A DNA stretch of 64,000 nucleotides from Ignavibacteriota bacterium (GTDB lineage: Bacteria > Bacteroidota > Ignavibacteria > Palsa-1295), in assembly GCA_963787835.1 (NCBI GenBank), contig CAWBEI010000002.1:480001-544000 (forward strand). The letters run 5' to 3'. A program made the translations under genes and the position numbers. Each line of letters begins with the position of its first letter. Within the stretch, counting starts at the first letter, position 1. The notes beneath the pieces are model-generated. The model was not told the origin of the DNA. It ran no database searches and saw nothing but the letters and a program-made list of their open reading frames with translations. This document shows positions 30,387-40,592 of the stretch, piece by piece.

Positions 30387-32571
30387 TGGCCTCGCTCGAT
30401 GGTTATGTTAACGGTTCGAGAGAAGAAACGTCCCTCAGGAAGGTTGTTGTCGTACGGAAGATCTCGAGAACCACGCCCCTGACTATGAATCTCGATGGCT
30501 GTGGGTTCGACCCCTTCCGTACGAAGCATACCTTCGAGGCGAGATCGCACATTATCCGCCCGCGTCTCACTTAGTTCGTCGTTATGTGCGGGATCTCCCA
30601 TTTCATCCGTGTATCCTTGAATGAGGACACGCTTTACAGGCACTTTGGGTGTCATATCCGCTGCACTTCGAATCGAACGCTCGTTTCCAATGCCAAGCTG
30701 GGATTCGTCGAAGCCAAATAGAATAAGGCTAAAACGTTCGATTCGTTCCGGCCGGTCGCTCGCAACGCGGATGATACTCAGCGGGATGCTTGAATGCGCA
30801 TGAGCATGATCGCCAAGCGAGTCTGACACATCATAATCAATGTCGAGTGAATCTCGAAGCTTGTTCAACGTCTCTTCCGTCGGTGCCCATTCTTTTTCCT
30901 CGGCACGGTTCATGGAATCATTTCCAAAACTTTGAAGCACGATGCCCTGTGCACTGATCGTGGCGCTGGAACGGTCAATTGGTGATTGGGTCGTTACGGT
31001 GGGAAGCAGCTTGATTCGGTCCGGAGTAGCCAGATGCTCGATGTTCGTCACTGTAACGGGCGCCGTGATACGAAACGCCGTCGAATCGCTTCCATCCACG
31101 CGGAATTCTACCCGGCGATCCTCTTCCCGCCCATGTTCTGTTCCCGAAGGACTCGGCTTCGCTGGTAATAGCATCGCTTCAACTTTCAACCGCGAGGGAT
31201 CTATCTTCCAAATTTTGACAAGATAATTCTTTACCGTCTCCGCCCGTTTTCTTGCGAGCGCGAGTAATGCCGCATCGGAGCGATCTGCAATGCTATCGCG
31301 GTCGTCGGTATTATCCGTACTGCCGATGAGCGTGATACGAGTCTTCGGGAATTTTCGCATCCGGTCACCAAGAATATTCAATGTTTCCCGGTAAAGATCC
31401 ATCAGCTTAACGTCATGCCGTTCCGAGGAACCCTGAAATTCCCGCGCTGCCTCTTCCGGCGTGGCATACGTTACATATCGCGAGGGGAAATTTACAGACC
31501 CGGCATCGAAGAAAATATAATTAAGGATCGGGTCGGCGTTACGGGTACGGATCTCCTCGACCGTCATTTGCACCACCGGCGAGGTATCGCCACTCGATGA
31601 GATAGCAATTGCCCGAATCGAAGCACGTAGCTTTGGAACTTCCTCTGCTTGCGCTTTAGACAGTAGTGGCACGACGACCGGAACTTCACTTTTTACAAAA
31701 ACGGGTACCCGCTCCATCCTTGGCGTGAGATCGAACAGTAATGCGAACGTTGCATTTAATTCTATCTCTCGCCAATAACTTGCATCCCGCCCAATCGGAA
31801 CAGCGATGTTCCGCCACCGGCTTGACCACCGAATGGCATTGTTACTCCAAAGCCCGGCTCGGCCCACAGCTTCTTCGAAAGCGGCGCATCATAGTTCATG
31901 CCAAGTGAGAGTGCGGGAACCAGTGCAAATTTTTTCGGAAAATTTCCGGAACCGGTGGTCGTATCCCGTGTTCCGTCGTTGAGTTCATTCCCAGGCTCAA
32001 CCACATGGAGTGATGTCTGATACGATTGCAAGAAAAGCATCCCTACATTTGCTCCGGCAATGGCATGCCACCGTTTTGCGAACTCATAATAAAAACCGCC
32101 ACCAATTCCAGCTTCACCGATCGTTGCAAGCAGTTCATGGCGGATGCTGAACGGCGTAAGCGTGTGATTGACCGCGTCATAGCTCAGATCGCTTTCGGTC
32201 CAGTTGAATTCCGGATGGTGATACTGCAGGAACAAACTCGGCTGAAAACTCCAAGGATCATTATCACCCCAGAGTGGCATATCGGCAAGGAATCGAAATC
32301 CATAATCATTGCCGGTTCCCATCGAGTATTCATCACAACCGATCAAAGCTATTGGCGCAGGGATCGTCGCTTCATAATAATCCCCCCAACCATAATTGAT
32401 CTGGATTCCTGCTCGGAGCGGCTTATGCTCGATCAGGAAAGAACTTTCGATCAGCGTATCCTTCATCACAAGGGAATCTCGCCGGGCACTGCTTGGAGCT
32501 TGCGCCCGCACGCCGGCAGAGGCAAGGAGAAATATGCTCACATATAGATACAGGAGATTTCTTCGCCTCAT
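30383..32571 (-). CDS. OmpA-family protein with N-terminal beta-barrel-like region; split by an apparent -1 frameshift near 31790
   Basis: two OmpA-C-like domains (GSTD..LARKRAETV..RRVEF; GYTD..LSETRADNV..RTV); adding one G at GGCGGG fuses 31762-32571 with 30383-31867. Confidence 0.75.
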
Positions 32572-32752
32572 TCGCACTAATAGAAATTTCAGCCATGCAG
32601 GTAGCACTTCCCTTTAACGGGTCAGAACCATGATAATTTCCCGTGCCAGAAAATTAGGAAGCTCGCTCCGACCTAAGGAAAGTATTTCCTGCGATCCAAG
32701 CGAGCTTCGGGATGAGATGTACTACAACTATTTTTCTTGACCCAGTGAACGG

Positions 32753-33427
32753 TTAGTGCCCTGGACTGATTTTCGGCGGCTCAAGACTTACTGGCCCTCC
32801 ACCGGCTGCACCACTAACTGGTTCTGAATCTCTGGTTTGAACCGCATTCTGTTGGTGGTTCATTGCATGGGCCGATCGAGAGTGAACTACAGGTTTATTC
32901 TCCGCCGACTTCATTTCATTGCTGATCGGAGCAGAAGAAACATTCGGAGCCACATTCGTCGATGGCAATTCTTTCACAGACGGAGAAACCGGCTGGGCCA
33001 TACGAGTAACTTGCTGAACCTGAGGTACGACGGGATTAACGACCGCGCGTACTCCATATCCCACAAGCGCCGCAACCGAGAGGCTGGCCACAGTAACGAG
33101 CGTACTCAGCTTCGTGGCAAATAGCGCCTTGATAACGCTGCCCGAAGATGCCGCCTGAACCGTACCCGCTTTGGTCGCGCTTAGTCCCGAACCGCTTAGA
33201 CCGGCGCCGAGGCCGAGCGTCGCAAAGACTGCGCCGCGAAGGTTACGCGGAGGGTTCAGAACTGCTTCATCGTGATGAAGAACTTTTTTCAGCACGAGTT
33301 CCGAGCGAAAGGACTTTCTGAGCGCCTCGCTGGAGGCGAGCGCGATCAGGAATTCCTGCTCATGTTCGGCAGAGAACTCGTTATCGATGTATGAACTGAT
33401 TCGATCGTCGTGTGTCATAAAATTCAT
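32753..33427 (-). CDS. putative membrane anti-sigma factor
   Basis: ISSYIDNEF anti-sigma-like N-terminus, one TM segment, directly downstream of an ECF sigma gene. Confidence 0.7.
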   Translation of the reverse strand: MNFMTHDDRISSYIDNEFSAEHEQEFLIALASSEALRKSFRSELVLKKVLHHDEAVLNPPRNLRGAVFATLGLGAGLSGSGLSATKAGTVQAASSGSVIKALFATKLSTLVTVASLSVAALVGYGVRAVVNPVVPQVQQVTRMAQPVSPSVKELPSTNVAPNVSSAPISNEMKSAENKPVVHSRSAHAMNHQQNAVQTRDSEPVSGAAGGGPVSLEPPKISPGH

Positions 33428-33495
33428 TCGATTCCATTAATCCTGAAAATCAAGCCTGAACATCCGCTTGAATCGGCGTACTCCAGGTTCTGGCT

Positions 33496-34143
33496 CTACT
33501 CCGTTTTCCGGAGTTCCAGCCAGGCTGCGATCATTTTTCTCAAACGCTCGCGTGCGCGCCACGCCCTTGTTTTTGCGGTCACAGCAGGAGCTCCGATGAT
33601 CTCGGATAGCTCATCGTACGAATACCCGAAGTACTCATGCAAAATGAACGCCTCTCGCTGTGCTGCCGGAAGCCTAAGTAACGCTCGTTCGAGCATATCG
33701 CGCAGGTCCGAATCTTCCAGCCCATCGCCGCGCACCGCAAGTTCCGTCTCGGGCGTATCGTCGATCGAGATGTTCGGCAGCAGCTTTCGGTCGCGGATGG
33801 CGTTCAGCGAAAGATTTCGTGCCACCGTAAATAGCAGTCCCGAAAATTTCAGGACAGTCTTTCGCTCGCCGCGGAGTCGGTACATCCGTGTCCAGACATC
33901 CTGAAAGACATCCTCCGCATCGCTCCTCGATCCGACGAAACGCACTACATATAAGTAGAGCGGACGTTCGAATGCATCGTAGAGCGCCCGGAAAGCCTCG
34001 TCGTTCCCATCCAGAAAGCTGTTAAAGGCTTCTGTGTCGGCATCGGTGGAGGGGGGCACTGTGCCAGGATCAAATTCCGAGACGCCAGTCGATAACTCGG
34101 CTGGAAAAACATCATAAATGCTCTCGTTTCGATCTAATGGCAT
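33496..34143 (-). CDS. ECF RNA polymerase sigma factor
   Basis: region 2 DAEDVFQDVW..LFTVARN; region 4 LPAAQREAF..YSYDELS. Confidence 0.93.
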   Translation of the reverse strand: MPLDRNESIYDVFPAELSTGVSEFDPGTVPPSTDADTEAFNSFLDGNDEAFRALYDAFERPLYLYVVRFVGSRSDAEDVFQDVWTRMYRLRGERKTVLKFSGLLFTVARNLSLNAIRDRKLLPNISIDDTPETELAVRGDGLEDSDLRDMLERALLRLPAAQREAFILHEYFGYSYDELSEIIGAPAVTAKTRAWRARERLRKMIAAWLELRKTE

Positions 34144-34244
34144 AGCTTAGGAACCCCAGAAATCCGACTTTTGCGCCCGGCGCATCCGTTTTGCACCATA
34201 CATCGCCGCCCGATCAACTGGTAATTCTATCCCCCTCCCATGAG

Positions 34245-34272
34245 CGACACGGCGATAGACCCAAAAGTTACA
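34245..34272 (-). promoter_or_regulatory. putative autoregulatory ECF promoter TGTAACTTT-N12-CGTGTCG
   Basis: ~100 bp upstream of the sigma start; AAC/CGT cores typical of ECF promoters. Confidence 0.7.
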
Positions 34273-34650
34273 AGCAGTATCAAAAAAACGCATTTTGTCT
34301 CCAAGAAATGCTTGGCAGTGTGTTTGTTCTTTTGGAGTTCATGAACTGTCGCGTTATAGACTCGGAAACGCCATCTGTTCTTTCGGCAAAGTGCCATCAT
34401 ATTTTTTTTACATATTCATTTAATGAACTTTTTTCTCGCTCGAATCAACTATTCATGAATTCAAGCGTCATTACGTTCGAAATTCCCATCCTTCTTTAAT
34501 CTTTAAGATCCATCCTTTCTTAATCCTGAAAATCCTGTAAATCGTGGTCTAATTTACACTTTCCGAAACAGGTGCCCATAATCCCACTCTCAAACATACA
34601 ACATCCCAAACCCAAAAGCAAGGAAAATCTGAATATAATTGAATTTTTTC

Positions 34651-34795
34651 AGCGCCGTTAGGCGCGGCCCGTTTGTAGAAAATGATCGTTTTATGAAATC
34701 GATCGAGCTCCGTAAGAGCGGGCACAGGTCGCTCCTACGGAGCTTGAAATGCCTAAATGGGATAATTTCTACAAACTGGCCACGCCTACGGCGTT
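34651..34795. repeat. MITE-like palindromic element
   Basis: gcgccgttaggcgc..tttgtagaaa..gagctccgtaagagc / gctcctacggagct..tttctacaaa..acgcctacggcgt nested inverted repeats. Confidence 0.65.
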
Positions 34796-34827
34796 GTCAT
34801 TGTCTGAACCTGGAATTCTGAGATAAT

Positions 34828-34887
34828 GTGTACACCGGGTTTCAACCCGGTGCGGGATTCTTCACCGGGTTGAAACCCGGTGTACAC
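34828..34887. repeat. REP-like doublet (possible terminator of 34898-37366)
   Basis: GTGTACACCGGGTTTCAACCCGGTG...CACCGGGTTGAAACCCGGTGTACAC inverted pair. Confidence 0.75.
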
Positions 34888-34897
34888 TTGAAACAGG

Positions 34898-37366
34898 TTA
34901 CCGCATCAACACCACCGGCTGCGTCTCCACCTGCCCATTTATCCGAACGAGGCATTCATACATCCCCTGTGTAGCGCAGGCATTCTTGCCTGCGTCCCAT
35001 GAGAAGTTATGCTCTCCAGCACCCAACTCACCCGAAAACAGCCGCGCAACCTCCACGCCAAGCATATTCACAATAGAGACCTCCGCATATCCGGCGGATT
35101 GCGAAGCGAAGCTGATTTGTGTGGATTGCGAGAATGGATTGGGCGCTGCCGTTACTATTGAAGAGAACTCCGATTGTGGCTCAACTCCTGCTACCCCGTT
35201 AGCCGTACCGATAAGTGTAATGTTTATTCTCTTTGCTTCCGATACTATTCCAATGTTAGCAGTATAAACTCCCGGTTGCGTTGGCGTGAATAGAACTTCG
35301 AACGTGAAGTGCTCGCCAGGATTTAGGATTACCTCACTTGATAGATCGCTGGTGATGAAAGCATTTTGCGATTGTGTAATCGGAAATGACTCGATAGTGA
35401 CTGCCGCTTTTCCATCATTCGTTATAGTTACAAATTGCAAGGAATCTTTACCCACCGGGATGGTACCAAAGTTGATCGTGTCGGCACTTGCGCCTAAAAT
35501 GTAAGGCGATGTAGTCATTTCGGAAAGTGGACGCCGCCAGATTGTGGGAGATGATGAACTGTAAGAGTTAATGGAATAAGCGCTGGCGTAGAGCATGCTC
35601 TCAAAGATCGTTAGGGCCCTAACGGAAGTATCTATCATTCCGGAGTCTTGTTCAACCCAATTATCTCCATTATCATAAGAAACAAAAAATCCATTCTGGG
35701 AACCGGCAAAAAACATCGAGTCAAACGACATTATAGCTGAAATATCTTCCAAAGAATCACCTATAAGCACCCAAACCTGGTTATGGATACTTGATCGATA
35801 CATACCGGCAAAATCAGAAATCGCAAAAATAAAAGTATCGATTGAAGTCACAAATTTTAAGTCACCTTGTGGTGTACTATGTGAAACCCACGTCTGTCCT
35901 TCATCGCTCGAAATGAAAATTCCCCATATGACACCATAAGGAGGACTGGAACTCTCTACCATAATATCATTTCCCGCCGCGCTGAGAGCTAATACTTGTA
36001 ATTCAGATGACAACCCATTATTTGCCTCGTTCCATGTTGCTCCACTATCTGACGAGACAAATACACCATTACTCTTGGTACCAGCAAAGAGTTTGGAATT
36101 TTTTGAAATAAGAGATACAACATAATCTGCCGGCAATCCACTGTCTCGAGGTATCCATGTATTTCCATTGTCAGTGGTAAGAAATACTCCGTTCGACCCT
36201 GCGTAAAAATTAGGCCCAAGAGAAGCAATAGAAGAAATCGTGTTCAAAGTAGAATTTGCCAGTGCATGAACTCCATCCAGATAAAATGACCATGTATAAC
36301 CGGAATCCTTCGATCGGAGAATAGCGCCGCCTACATTAGCGTAAAGAGTGTTGCCGCAAGGCATAAGCGAAGAAGCAGGTACGGATTCTCCCGTATTAGC
36401 AAGAACCCAACTTTTGCCAGTATCATACGAAATGAATACACCATAACTACCAGTACCAGCAAAAAGAGTTTCGCCATTGGAAGTAAGAGAAAGAATCCAA
36501 TCCTGCGGTAGCGTGAGCGGACTTTGCCAACTCGATCCATCATCTGTGGAATAAAACAGACCTTGAGGCGTACCCGCAAGAATGGTATTACCCAAAATAG
36601 TCAGATTAATAATCTCTGTCCAACCAGGATTATTTGTTAGTGTTTCCCACGTAACTCCCAAATCGGAAGAGATTAAGATAGTACTGAGAGAGGTTCCAGC
36701 CAATAGATTTCTCCCGTCTGCTGAAAGACAAGCAATCTCAGATGCAGCCGATCCCGAATCGACATAGCTCCAATTATTTCCAAGATCCGAGGAGCGAAAC
36801 AATTTTCCTGTATTCGTTCCCACAAAAAGGGACGAATCTATTACAGCAAAACCGGAAACCACATCACTGTATGGATTAATGTTTATACTATCGCTTACAA
36901 TTTCCCATGTAAGTCCTTGATCCGTGGAACGTTCAATGTCGGTTGTCGGCGGGACAGTGGTATTAGTTCCCACAAAAATGGCACCATCACTGCCTATATA
37001 TGAACTTATATACGGGCTTTCAGCTTGCATTTTTCCTCTCTTTATCCATTCGGAACTACTGTCAGACCAGAGGTATATGGCAGAATCGGTAGAGAGCAAG
37101 ATTATGCCACCGCCGCCTATCAGTGCAGTATTGCCGCCGAGACTGATGCCTTTATTTGAAGGTATCCAGTTTAAACCATGATCAGTTGTTCGGGAGAGTC
37201 CGTACCCTGCAGCGAATACGAAAGTTTCTTGTTCGTTTGAAGCTGAAGTTTGTATCTCTCCTCCATAAAGCCCATTCATCGGCTGCCACTGCGCGCGCAG
37301 CACACACGTCGGCATCACCGCAAGTGCGGCGAAAAGAGCGAGAGTAAGAAGACGTTTCGGGAACAT
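34898..37366 (-). CDS. secreted BNR/Asp-box repeat protein with ASH/Ig domain and T9SS CTD
   Basis: signal peptide, more than 10 S-x-D-x-G-x-x-W repeats, AAPNPF..GMYEC CTD; AT-rich interior. Confidence 0.85.
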   Translation of the reverse strand: MFPKRLLTLALFAALAVMPTCVLRAQWQPMNGLYGGEIQTSASNEQETFVFAAGYGLSRTTDHGLNWIPSNKGISLGGNTALIGGGGIILLSTDSAIYLWSDSSSEWIKRGKMQAESPYISSYIGSDGAIFVGTNTTVPPTTDIERSTDQGLTWEIVSDSININPYSDVVSGFAVIDSSLFVGTNTGKLFRSSDLGNNWSYVDSGSAASEIACLSADGRNLLAGTSLSTILISSDLGVTWETLTNNPGWTEIINLTILGNTILAGTPQGLFYSTDDGSSWQSPLTLPQDWILSLTSNGETLFAGTGSYGVFISYDTGKSWVLANTGESVPASSLMPCGNTLYANVGGAILRSKDSGYTWSFYLDGVHALANSTLNTISSIASLGPNFYAGSNGVFLTTDNGNTWIPRDSGLPADYVVSLISKNSKLFAGTKSNGVFVSSDSGATWNEANNGLSSELQVLALSAAGNDIMVESSSPPYGVIWGIFISSDEGQTWVSHSTPQGDLKFVTSIDTFIFAISDFAGMYRSSIHNQVWVLIGDSLEDISAIMSFDSMFFAGSQNGFFVSYDNGDNWVEQDSGMIDTSVRALTIFESMLYASAYSINSYSSSSPTIWRRPLSEMTTSPYILGASADTINFGTIPVGKDSLQFVTITNDGKAAVTIESFPITQSQNAFITSDLSSEVILNPGEHFTFEVLFTPTQPGVYTANIGIVSEAKRINITLIGTANGVAGVEPQSEFSSIVTAAPNPFSQSTQISFASQSAGYAEVSIVNMLGVEVARLFSGELGAGEHNFSWDAGKNACATQGMYECLVRINGQVETQPVVLMR

Positions 37367-37417
37367 GGTTTGCTACATTGCAAAGCCGCACGGGAAGTTA
37401 AAAGTGCCCGATAATCA

Positions 37418-37810
37418 CTATTCGAGGATGGTAATTTTGATCGGAGAATCAATGCCGCGAAAGTGACGATCGATCGTGATAAACTCCAGTCCGAAAAGCT
37501 CCGCTACAGCAAGTTGGTATGCATCGTCGAATCCTAAGCGATGCCGCTGGTGGATCGCAATTAAAAGAGAATATTCGGTCGAGGGCAATGCGAGCAAATA
37601 GTTCCGTACGAGCACATCGTTCAGGAACGCCTGAAAGAGCATTGCCTTTTGCTGGCCGAGCAGTGTGACTCCGATAGAGTGTAATGCAAAATCGGTAAGC
37701 GCGGACACTCCACGATATTGGCGTAACAGATCTTCGCATACGCTCCAACGCTTCTGCTCCAGCAGAACTTCGAGAAAAATGTTGGTGTCTATCAGGATTC
37801 GAGCCGCCAC
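37418..37810 (-). CDS. PIN-domain toxin (VapC-like)
   Basis: IDTNIFLE, GFDDAYQ and TIDRHF PIN motifs. Confidence 0.88.
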   Translation of the reverse strand: MAARILIDTNIFLEVLLEQKRWSVCEDLLRQYRGVSALTDFALHSIGVTLLGQQKAMLFQAFLNDVLVRNYLLALPSTEYSLLIAIHQRHRLGFDDAYQLAVAELFGLEFITIDRHFRGIDSPIKITILE

Positions 37811-38016
37811 TCGGATGCCTTATGCTGAAGTTCGACGGACGTGTAGTGATCGCGGAGTTCCTTGAGTCCTCCGGCCCAGTCGAACGAGTAATCGTCATTC
37901 GTCTTTTGCAGCCGTCGTGCTGCGCGGAGCTTTTCTGCAAAGTGCTCCAATTGTGAGCGAGCCTCCGAAGGCAGCTCTTCAAATATTTCGACTAATTCAC
38001 GCGTGCTCATCTTCAT
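37792..38016 (-). CDS. antitoxin, DUF2281-like
   Basis: FDWAGGLKELRDHYTSVELQH..W motif; overlaps the PIN gene start. Confidence 0.8.
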   Translation of the reverse strand: MKMSTRELVEIFEELPSEARSQLEHFAEKLRAARRLQKTNDDYSFDWAGGLKELRDHYTSVELQHKASEWRLES

Positions 38017-38118
38017 TAAAGCAAACACTTCCATGCACTAAGGGTTCCTTCTATACATTCGTCTGCATCTCTGCGCATGATGCATAAGTTCATTCAGAAA
38101 TTATGGAGATGGTAAATA

Positions 38119-38144
38119 GTCATTCCCGCTTTCGCGGGAATGAC
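38119..38144. repeat. GTCATTCCC-N8-GGGAATGAC palindrome (dRS3-like core)
   Basis: gtcattcccgctttcgcgggaatgac. Confidence 0.7.
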
Positions 38145-38188
38145 ACGAATCCATCTGCGTAATCCGCTTTAATCCGCGTAATCCAGGT

Positions 38189-38737
38189 TTACAATCCGAA
38201 ATTCAGCGTGGCGATCCCACCCCATCCGGTGATCGGCGCAACGCCGTTGGATTCGCCGATGTAATTGACTCCGATGCCGAGCGAGAGCATTTCGGGAACG
38301 ATCTCGAATTGATACTGCGCCTGCGCATCGTACGCAAGGGAGTTATACGACGAGATGTTCGTGGAGATCGAAGTCGGTATGCTTGGCGGCTGCGACGTAG
38401 TGGCTCCAAAGCCCACTGCACCCGAAACCATGATATGGAATAAGGTAAAATCCCCACCGCCGAGAATTCCATTCTCGCGAACAAAGGCATTGCTCTTGCC
38501 CCAATCGACATGCCGGTATTCAAGGAAGAACGTCATGAATGAGCCTCGCACGGCGAAGAAATCGTTCGTGCCAAATCCTACGGAACCGACACCCGAAAGG
38601 CTGGAGGTTTGCCCGCCTCCGATGGCAGTAGCGCTGATCACAGCACCCGGCACCTGCGCGTACGCCTCATCGATAAACGAGCTTGTTATGCTTAATGTGA
38701 GGAAAAAGAAGAGAGTTAGAACTAATAGCTTTTTCAT
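38189..38737 (-). CDS. exported hypothetical protein, likely small beta-barrel
   Basis: signal peptide, alternating beta-strands, aromatic residue near the C-terminus. Confidence 0.65.
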   Translation of the reverse strand: MKKLLVLTLFFFLTLSITSSFIDEAYAQVPGAVISATAIGGGQTSSLSGVGSVGFGTNDFFAVRGSFMTFFLEYRHVDWGKSNAFVRENGILGGGDFTLFHIMVSGAVGFGATTSQPPSIPTSISTNISSYNSLAYDAQAQYQFEIVPEMLSLGIGVNYIGESNGVAPITGWGGIATLNFGL

Positions 38738-38791
38738 AATGATCGGTTTTTGGTATATCTTGTCATACGCGACAAGTGCTGTGCCGATTCA

Positions 38792-39316
38792 TCATTGCTG
38801 AAATGGCTTCGTGACAAATTGTTCAGACTTCCCCCGTGGTATAGAAAGCGTTTTCCATTCGGAACCCTTCAAATGCTTACCAATATACACAATCTGTCCT
38901 ACATGGTAGCCATAATGGCTGATCTGCCGTAGGATCGCCTCCATCACCGTGTGGGATTCACTACGAATGAAAATTTCTTTATCGAGATCGCTGTCGGTCA
39001 GCGGGCGGATCGCAGAGAAAACGAGATCCCAGCCAGCACCCCAACGCTTCTGCAATTCATCGAGCGATAAGCGTTGCTCGATAAATTCCCCATCGCGGTT
39101 GCGATCTGGCTTTTCACCATCGCTCGTGAGGAAATCGGTAAAACGAGAGATCATGTTGCCATACAGATGCTGCACGATGATGGCGATAGAATTCGATTCC
39201 GCGTCGGGCGACCAATGGATCTGTTCGTCGTTCAATTGCTCCAATGTTTTCGTTCCAAGCGAATGAAGCTGCTCGAACCGGTCGAGCGAAAGAGTAAGGA
39301 AAGTTTTGTCGTTCAT
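38792..39316 (-). CDS. DinB-like protein (DUF1572)
   Basis: SNSIAIIVQHLYGNM.SRFTDFL.SDGEK..R.RD.EF and HY.YHVGQI motifs. Confidence 0.88.
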   Translation of the reverse strand: MNDKTFLTLSLDRFEQLHSLGTKTLEQLNDEQIHWSPDAESNSIAIIVQHLYGNMISRFTDFLTSDGEKPDRNRDGEFIEQRLSLDELQKRWGAGWDLVFSAIRPLTDSDLDKEIFIRSESHTVMEAILRQISHYGYHVGQIVYIGKHLKGSEWKTLSIPRGKSEQFVTKPFQQ

Positions 39317-39351
39317 AATTATTTGTTATTCTTAATCTGATTGGCAGCGGC

Positions 39352-39963
39352 TCACGAGCGAAAGAACAGGCCCAGTCCGAAGACTCCTTCCATGAACGTG
39401 ACCGAATTTCGTCCGTATGCCTGAATGCGGTTCATCCCAACGTACTCCCGGAATTCCACATAGAATAATTGGTCCGACCATCCGGCGCCAGCCGTCACTA
39501 CCGGCGAGGAAAAAGTCGCCGCACCATAGTATTGTTTTAACGCGATGTTACTTGCGGAATCGGTAGTTCCCAAAGCATATCCGGCCCCGGCGCTGGCGAA
39601 TACGTTATTCAAGAAATAGTATCGCAGCACCAGACTATTGATCTCGACGCTGCTCGAATAGCTTAAGTTCTCATAGCTATACGGATCGGCCAGGATCGAA
39701 TGCTCATACCGATAGACGCACTCGAACCGCCCAAGAAAGCTCATGCCGCCTGTGAGTTCCCAATGCGGAATAATGAGCGGGATCTGTCGCGAGGGCGAAA
39801 CAATGCCGACCCCAAGCGCAAGATACACATGTGGATGGAAGCCGGACGCGGTATCCGGAAAAGGACGCGATCCGTCGTCCGCATTAAAATTGAATTGTGC
39901 AAAGCTTGACCGTGCTGAGAGCGCGATCAATAAGCAGGATCCGATAATAACCCTTTTCATCAT
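39352..39963 (-). CDS. exported hypothetical protein, likely outer-membrane beta-barrel
   Basis: signal peptide ending SFAQ; amphipathic strands. Confidence 0.6.
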   Translation of the reverse strand: MMKRVIIGSCLLIALSARSSFAQFNFNADDGSRPFPDTASGFHPHVYLALGVGIVSPSRQIPLIIPHWELTGGMSFLGRFECVYRYEHSILADPYSYENLSYSSSVEINSLVLRYYFLNNVFASAGAGYALGTTDSASNIALKQYYGAATFSSPVVTAGAGWSDQLFYVEFREYVGMNRIQAYGRNSVTFMEGVFGLGLFFRS

Positions 39964-40559
39964 TGTCCTGCAAAACTTCCCACATCCCAATCCTTCTTTG
40001 CCAATTCACTGCGGAAATGCTGAACGTACATCAGATAATTCGTCGAGCCATCGAGGACCATCTTGCGCTCATACTCATTGAGCGGACGCAAAATCTTCGC
40101 GGGAATACCCGCGACAAGCATTCCCGGCGGCACGACGGTCCCGCCGAGCACAACAGCCCCGGCTGCTACCAACGATTCTTCACCGATCACCGCGCGGTCG
40201 AGCACGACGGCGTTCATGCCGATGAGCGCCCGATCTTTAACAGTGCAGCCATGCAGCACCGCGCCATGACCAACGGTCACTGCTTCACCGACCCATGTAG
40301 GATTCGAGAAATTGGTAACATGGATCGTCGCGTTATCCTGAATATTGGTATCCTTCCCAATGCGAATGCGCTCGACATCCCCGCGAATAACCACATTGAA
40401 CCACACGCTCACGTTCTCGGCGAGTTCCACATCGCCAATGACTCGTGAACCAGCCGCAAGAAAAACACTTTCGTGGACTTTGGGAATTTTACCGTCGAAC
40501 GCATAGAGCTTGCCGGTCTCAACGGATGATTCAATGGGGAGTAGTTCTATTTCGCGCAT
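39960..40559 (-). CDS. gamma carbonic anhydrase family protein
   Basis: RGD, NIQDNATIH and GHGAVLHG hexapeptide repeats with three His ligands. Confidence 0.93.
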   Translation of the reverse strand: MREIELLPIESSVETGKLYAFDGKIPKVHESVFLAAGSRVIGDVELAENVSVWFNVVIRGDVERIRIGKDTNIQDNATIHVTNFSNPTWVGEAVTVGHGAVLHGCTVKDRALIGMNAVVLDRAVIGEESLVAAGAVVLGGTVVPPGMLVAGIPAKILRPLNEYERKMVLDGSTNYLMYVQHFRSELAKKDWDVGSFAGQ

Positions 40560-40592
40560 GATATTATGAACAACAGGCCGTGCAGTGGGCGT

